From contig JBLWGC010000092.1 of the NCBI GenBank assembly GCA_048772705.1, forward strand, positions 1 through 64,000: a stretch of DNA of 64,000 nucleotides, written 5' to 3'. Origin of the DNA: Leidyana gryllorum EB-2025a (Eukaryota > Protista > Apicomplexa). This document shows, in pieces, positions 58,780 to 64,000 of the stretch (the first letter of the stretch is position 1; the number at the start of each line of letters is the position of its first letter). The notes under the pieces are model-generated. The model saw only the letters and a list, made by a program, of their open reading frames with translations, was not told the origin of the DNA and searched no databases. The translations under genes were made by a program, and so were the position numbers.

Positions 58780-59767
58780 TTAACTGAAAGGGACGGGAGG
58801 TCCCACCACTGTGCTCCCAGTAGGTACACCAGGCCCAAGCTGGCCAGAGACGCCTAGTTGCGTAACAACATTCCCCCCATAGCCAGTGGGGAAGTTTGCT
58901 TCAGATCCTAGGAGCGGAAAGCCATATCCGAAGAATGGGCGATAGTAGTAAGGGAAGGTAACACCCATTACGCTGCCACACCCGTATCTGCAATACATCT
59001 CTGAAGGATACGCTTTATAGACGCCTTCTATCGGGGGAGGACCAGCTGGGACTGGGTCCACTATGACAGCTTGTTTCTTGCCTAGACTCCGCTGATCTGC
59101 TATTCCTGCCTGCGCTTTTTGGAGACCTTGCTCGTCAATGATGATGTTGCCAAGGAGGTTGTCTTCGGCATCCTTCAACTCAGCGATACTGGGATTGATC
59201 CACAGCTTCGAGCCGTCAGAGTAATTCATAATCATCCGACCCGGCCCGATGGGGGTCATGCTTTCCAGCTCGAACTCGAGGGTGTACTTTAGCTTGTCGG
59301 CGTCTGGCCACAGTGGTGAAGTTTGAATGGACTCAGGGTTCAAACGCAAGTTCATTGTCGGGTTTGGTTGAGCTATGTTTCTGTTGTTTCCGATGTCTTG
59401 GAGATACCTGCGGGGGGCAGTGTGGTGGTCATACGATGCGGGTGGCACGAAAGAAGTGCAGAGCAATTGGACGAAAATGACGAACAAGCAACCCAAAGAA
59501 AAGGCAGCAACCAAATGAACCAGATTGCGACGATACCAGGGCACCTGCCCGGGAGGACTATGATCTAGTGCCTGATAAAGATATGACGAGATGTAGAAAG
59601 TAATTTCTTACTTCTTTGATCCGGCAGAATACGTGCTCAGCCACTTCATCACTTGTGGAACTGCGCACTGCTTCGGACTTGGTTGCAAATTCGTCAACCG
59701 TGTGGCTACGAACCTCCGTGAGCTCCACGTTGAAGTCTGAGGGAATCTGAGTGGGCGTGCGCGTCAT
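58780..59767 (-). CDS. Type II single-pass membrane hypothetical protein, 2 exons
   Basis: Exon 1 MTRTPTQIP...CRIKE|GTAAG joins ...GGGCAG|VPWYRRNLVHLVAAFSLGCLFVIFVQLLC (transmembrane segment). Confidence 0.55.
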
Positions 59768-59798
59768 ATTTCGTGCGTCTCCAGTGTGCGCACACACG

Positions 59799-62055
59799 AT
59801 GACTTCTCCGAGCCCGATATCGCGACGCTCGGTCGGGCGTAATGTATTTGGGGAGGCATGGCGCGAGTGTTTCAGGGATCTACAGACATCGAATCGCGCT
59901 CCTGACGGTTCTTTGTTGGCTGCCAGTTCAAAGCTGCTAGTGACTTGCTGGGAAACGGGTGGAGGGGGGACGGTCGGAGTGCTGGATCACCAGGATGTTG
60001 GAAAGAGGAACCCGCCGGTTACTCTTTTCCGAGGCCATCGAGGCGCAGTGCATGATGTTCAATTCTCTCCCTACTATGATACAATTTTCGCTACGGCCTC
60101 AGAAGGTAGGCACCGTTTGTTCCAGGTCCTGAAATCTATCATCGGCAGATGGGAGCGTCAAGCTATGGGATTGTCCCAGTGTGCAAAGTCGAGACGAAAG
60201 TTGTCGCGACGCTGTAGCCACGCTGCAGGTAATGTGGGTAATTGAGCTGATGATCTACAGCAGTCTGCAATCATCAGGGCCACGACAAGAAAGTATCCCA
60301 TGTAGCATTTCATCATGTTGCGGAGTGGATCATTGCAAGTGCCGGGGTGGACTGTACAGTTCGAACCTGGGACTTCGAGACTCAGAAATGTGTGCGAACC
60401 ACTACAGCACCGCAGGCACCAAATTGCCTGGCATGGAATTACACAGGAGCTCTATTGGGTTTCACGACAAAAGATCACCACGTTCGAATAGTAGATCCAA
60501 GACAAAATGCAGAAGTGGGGTCAATGCGGTGTCACGAGGGTGGCAAGCCGATCAAATGTTGCTGGTTGGGGAGCGATAGAAATCCCACTGAGCATTATCT
60601 ATTAAGTTCCGGATTCAGCAAGTTGGCGGATCGCGAAATAGCTCTGTGGGATATCCGAAATACGGACCAATGGTGGGTGGCCGCTTTAAGGCCGCATTTC
60701 TTACTGAAATTGATGTGTGCAGTGTCCAGAAGGTGGAAGTTGATCGGCAATCGAGCACCATAACTCCAATTTTCGACTCTGGTACCGATCTATTGTTTGT
60801 ATTTGGCCGGGGCGACGGCAATGTACGATTCTTTGAACTCAAAGATGGTCATTTAGAGAAGCTGGGTGTCTTCAACACCACTGAGCCCGCACGCGAGCTG
60901 GCATTCATTCCGAAAAGGTGAGCGTGGTTGAGTGTTCGTGCCTTCGGTCATGTGGGAGTGGGCAGAGGTGTGGATATCTCGCGATGCGAAGTTATGAGAG
61001 GATACAAGCTACAAAGCTCGAGTGTGATTCAACCGATTTCTTTTATCGTTCCGCGGCGGAACAAGGGGGAGTTCCAAGTCGAACTGTACCCCCCCTGTCA
61101 CGCAGGGGAGCCGGCTACATCTGCGCAGGAATGGTTAGGCAACAGCCAAGCCACCCAAATTCTGCGGAGTATGGAACCAGGTAAATACTTAATCTCTCCC
61201 TTCCTCACTCATTTCGCTGGTGTGAGTAGTGAATGGCCAAAGCCCGTTTGAAAGCAATCGTCGGCCCGTTCCCGGCGCGTTAGAATTCGCCCTTCGCTCC
61301 AAGTCGACCAACATGAGTCGCGCTCCGAGTGTGCTGGCTAAGCAACTGACAGTTCAAGAGAGGCAACACGATGACATTATCGCTCGATTGCAAAATCAGA
61401 TCCGCGAGGTGAGTGAGGTCGCTCTATAAGCTTTCGTGGACTTGCGGACGATCAGTTGGAAATAACGTTGGGCGAGAGGGACCGCGAGATCGCAAGTGCC
61501 CAACAGACTATCAGCAAATTGAGAGACGAGCTGCGGACATATCAACAGTACGGAACGCCAGCGACCTATCAAGCTGCGGATGAGCAAATGCTGGCGGACG
61601 CGCTCAAGGAAACGAAGCAAGGAGTGCTCACAGCTTTAGACGAGCTGCATAAGTTGCGAGAGGAGACTCGAAAGAATGGGACCAGCACGCAACAAGAGGT
61701 GGAGGAAATGAAAAAGCTCCTGCAGGCTGGAGCCGCGGGTAAGCCCGCGACCAGAGAGAGCCGGTGGAAATGGAAGTCGAGAGCAACTGACACCACGTCG
61801 CATTCGGGAGAGAACTCCACTGCTGTGGAACATGTGTTGACAAGGTGCAAAGAATTGGAGAAGCGTAATATGGAATTGGAGGCTCTACTGGTCCAGTTGC
61901 GGGTTGCTTCTGGTATGCAGCGGTCCAGAAAGAACAATTCAAAGGGAGAGTCGGATGTCGAAGTCTGGATAGGCAATGACCAAATGTCACAGTCCTCATA
62001 CGGAGGTCGCATTGGATGTGCTCCCGGACTCAGTGTCTGTCGAGGACCTTTCTGA
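59799..62055 (+). CDS. Coronin (WD40 plus C-terminal coiled coil), multi-exon; 3' end uncertain
   Basis: RNVFGE, WETGGGGTVGV, GHRGAVHDVQFSPY, SGFSKLADREIALWD, GRGDGNVRFFE, ISFIVPRR..FQVELYPP, SAQEWLG. Confidence 0.92.
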
Positions 62056-62443
62056 AGGTGGCAGAGTAGCCGGAAGCTCCCCTGACGTCGGGACCCACAA
62101 GACGTATTGCACCTTATTTATTTGATCATCTGCGTCATCGATTGCTGAGGATTCGTTGGTGTTGGTGAGCGGCTGCATTGACAATGGCGGCTGATGAGGG
62201 GGGTGGTACAACAGGACTGGCTCTCTTGGGTTTGGGGGGGAGTTGTCGCTCCAAATCTCGAATGGGCACCTTTGGGCGTCCAAGTACTTTCCAGTACCGC
62301 GAACTAATGATCATTGATACTTTCTCTATAACTATATCTCGCTTACGGTCGTGGTTTTTCGGGGTTCTTTGGTGGGGGTTCACTCATAAGCGCATGCTCG
62401 TGAGAGATTTCAAAAGGTGTGGAAATAACGTGTATGTGCTCGC

Positions 62444-63342
62444 TCACTCGACTTCGCCCAAATAGTCTTTGATTTCTTCCGTAGAGAGTAATCTGAACTT
62501 GGTATCCGGTCCCACAATACCAATCTCGATCGTGGTCTCCGTCAGCGCCCCCTCGAAAGATTCTTTCAGCGTCCGAATTGCCGTGTGAATCGCGTCATCG
62601 AGCTCGGCGTTCTCCTGGAACCTGTGGGAAATCCGCATCCAGAGTCAGAAACTCCTAGTCTGCACTCACCTGCGCTCTAAGAAGGTCTTGGCATTCTGCA
62701 TTTCACGACCTATGGCGGTAGCCTTCCACCCAAAGTAAGCGCCAGAAGGATCCACTTGATATAGTCGGGGGCCTTCATCGTCATATCCTGCGACCAGCAA
62801 GGAACAGCCGAAAGGTCTCACACCTCCAGACTGGGTGAACTCCTGTAATGTATTTGCCAGCACCTTCACGAGTTGTAGTGTCGGAATAGGCTCTCCATAC
62901 ATCTTTTCATACATTAAAGCTTCCTTCCGTGCCATGGACAAGATAACTCGGAAATCAGCTGGCATTCCCGCGTACGAGCACCCAATATGGCCGCAGATCG
63001 ACTCCACTTTCGCCAGAGACTTCTCGTCGATTGTCGTGGACCCTAACTTCTTTTCAGCAGCAATGACAACCCCATCACGGGCCTGAAATAGAAGGTTTAA
63101 AACACCATCAGGATGACAACGAGATGGTTTACACATCGAACGGAAGCTGTCGCTGTGGAGATAACGAGAGGGGGACGATCAGCTCACACCACCGTTGAGA
63201 TGCAGACACACGTGTGTAGTCTTACTTTGATGCCCAGAGCGGGCCGCCCTTGTCGGTTGACGGCATTCAAAGCATATTCGATCTGCACAAGCTTGCCAGT
63301 GGGACTGAAAGTGGTTAGACTAAAGCTGTAATCGTCACCCAT
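62444..63342 (-). CDS. PSMA2: 20S proteasome subunit alpha type-2, 3 exons
   Basis: [58 protein letters not shown]. Confidence 0.95.
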
Positions 63343-63432
63343 GACGGATCAGATACGAAATTTTTACTAAGAGGTGAGACTGGAGTGGCATGTTGGTCCC
63401 ATGCAGGAAGCTACAAAATAACATCTATCACT

Positions 63433-64000
63433 CTAATACACCATCATGGACCCGTCAGTAGACCGTGGTTTGATGACCTTCTGCCAATTCTGCGCCAGGT
63501 TTATATAACTATTGTGTGTGTATATGAGCCCAAACGTACCTTGTGTAGCATATCGTATACAATGGCGTAGTTGTTTCGAGTGTCCATGTTGGTTATCTTC
63601 ATCTGGAACCATTGCTTCTCGTCGAACTCGCGCAGAGCTACACGATAATCTTCCACATTGGGGTACTTGATGACTTTGGTCACCAGCTTGGCCCTGAATT
63701 GTGTTCAAAATCAATTTCAGTAGCTGGATTCTTGCACTCACCGATGCGTAAAGTATTTGGAGATGTTATCGCGCAACGCGAAAGCAGCGTCCTCAACTCT
63801 GCTAAGCTCGGAAATGACGTCCTCCTGGATAGCGACACCAAAGTTGTTGCCATCCTCAATTTTGGGTATGTTCAATTGAATCCACAATTTGACGGACGCG
63901 ACAACCTCAAGCAACTCTGAGGCGTCGTTCTTGACGGACTGAATCTTGTCAGCGACGGCCTTGTTGATCGGCACGTTTGCAGTGTAAATATACTCGCTCA
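63433..64000 (-). CDS. Proteasome activator PA28/REG (PSME3-like), 5' part outside the window, multi-exon
   Basis: WIQLNIPKIEDGNNFGVAIQE activation loop, KYPNVEDYR, NWQKVIKPRS. Confidence 0.92.

Noticed and set aside
59400-59420. RRYL as an apicomplexan RRL/PEXEL export motif in the type II membrane protein
   Set aside because: Does not match the RRL or RxLxE/Q/D consensus well, and is too short to support
1-64000. tRNA, rRNA, snoRNA, transposase or terminal repeats; prokaryotic origin; alternative genetic code
   Set aside because: No convincing cloverleaf, rRNA, C/D pair or DDE/RT motifs were seen by eye (an Infernal/tRNAscan run is needed to exclude them). Introns and gene content are eukaryotic, and TAA, TAG and TGA all terminate conserved genes

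Overview
A very compact eukaryotic genome segment with short (mostly about 40-60 nt) GT-AG introns. Gene content and density suggest a reduced alveolate, probably a gregarine-like apicomplexan; this is inference, not an identification. Positions 1-11 kb form an almost intron-free accessory block: three tandem, catalytically degenerate Hsp70-like genes, an F-box/LRR-like gene, and three tandem paralogs of an unrecognised protein family. Positions 11-46 kb and 53-64 kb hold densely packed spliced housekeeping genes: DJ-1, importin-beta, a CID protein, a TPR + double PRMT-like protein, an RRM protein, a kinase-like protein, MYST HAT, WDR18/IPI3-like, centrin-like, VPS33, a Hub1/UBL5 fusion, a Zn-finger/J-protein, DIS3, ENTH/epsin, RPS23, a BTB protein, coronin, PSMA2 and PA28. 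Positions 47-52.5 kb carry a tandem ankyrin-repeat triplet. The most notable signals are: (i) Hub1/UBL5 fused to a ~330-aa Arg/Asp/Glu-rich region; (ii) three co-oriented genes separated by only 4 and 5 nt (J-protein > RD-Hub1 > VPS33), plus head-to-head ATGs only 26-53 nt apart with A/T-tract elements, implying near-leaderless, overlapping or polycistronic transcription; and (iii) the pseudo-Hsp70 / F-box / unknown-family island. Many ORFs in the supplied track are exons or antisense shadows. Exon joins were deduced by hand and need RNA-seq confirmation.
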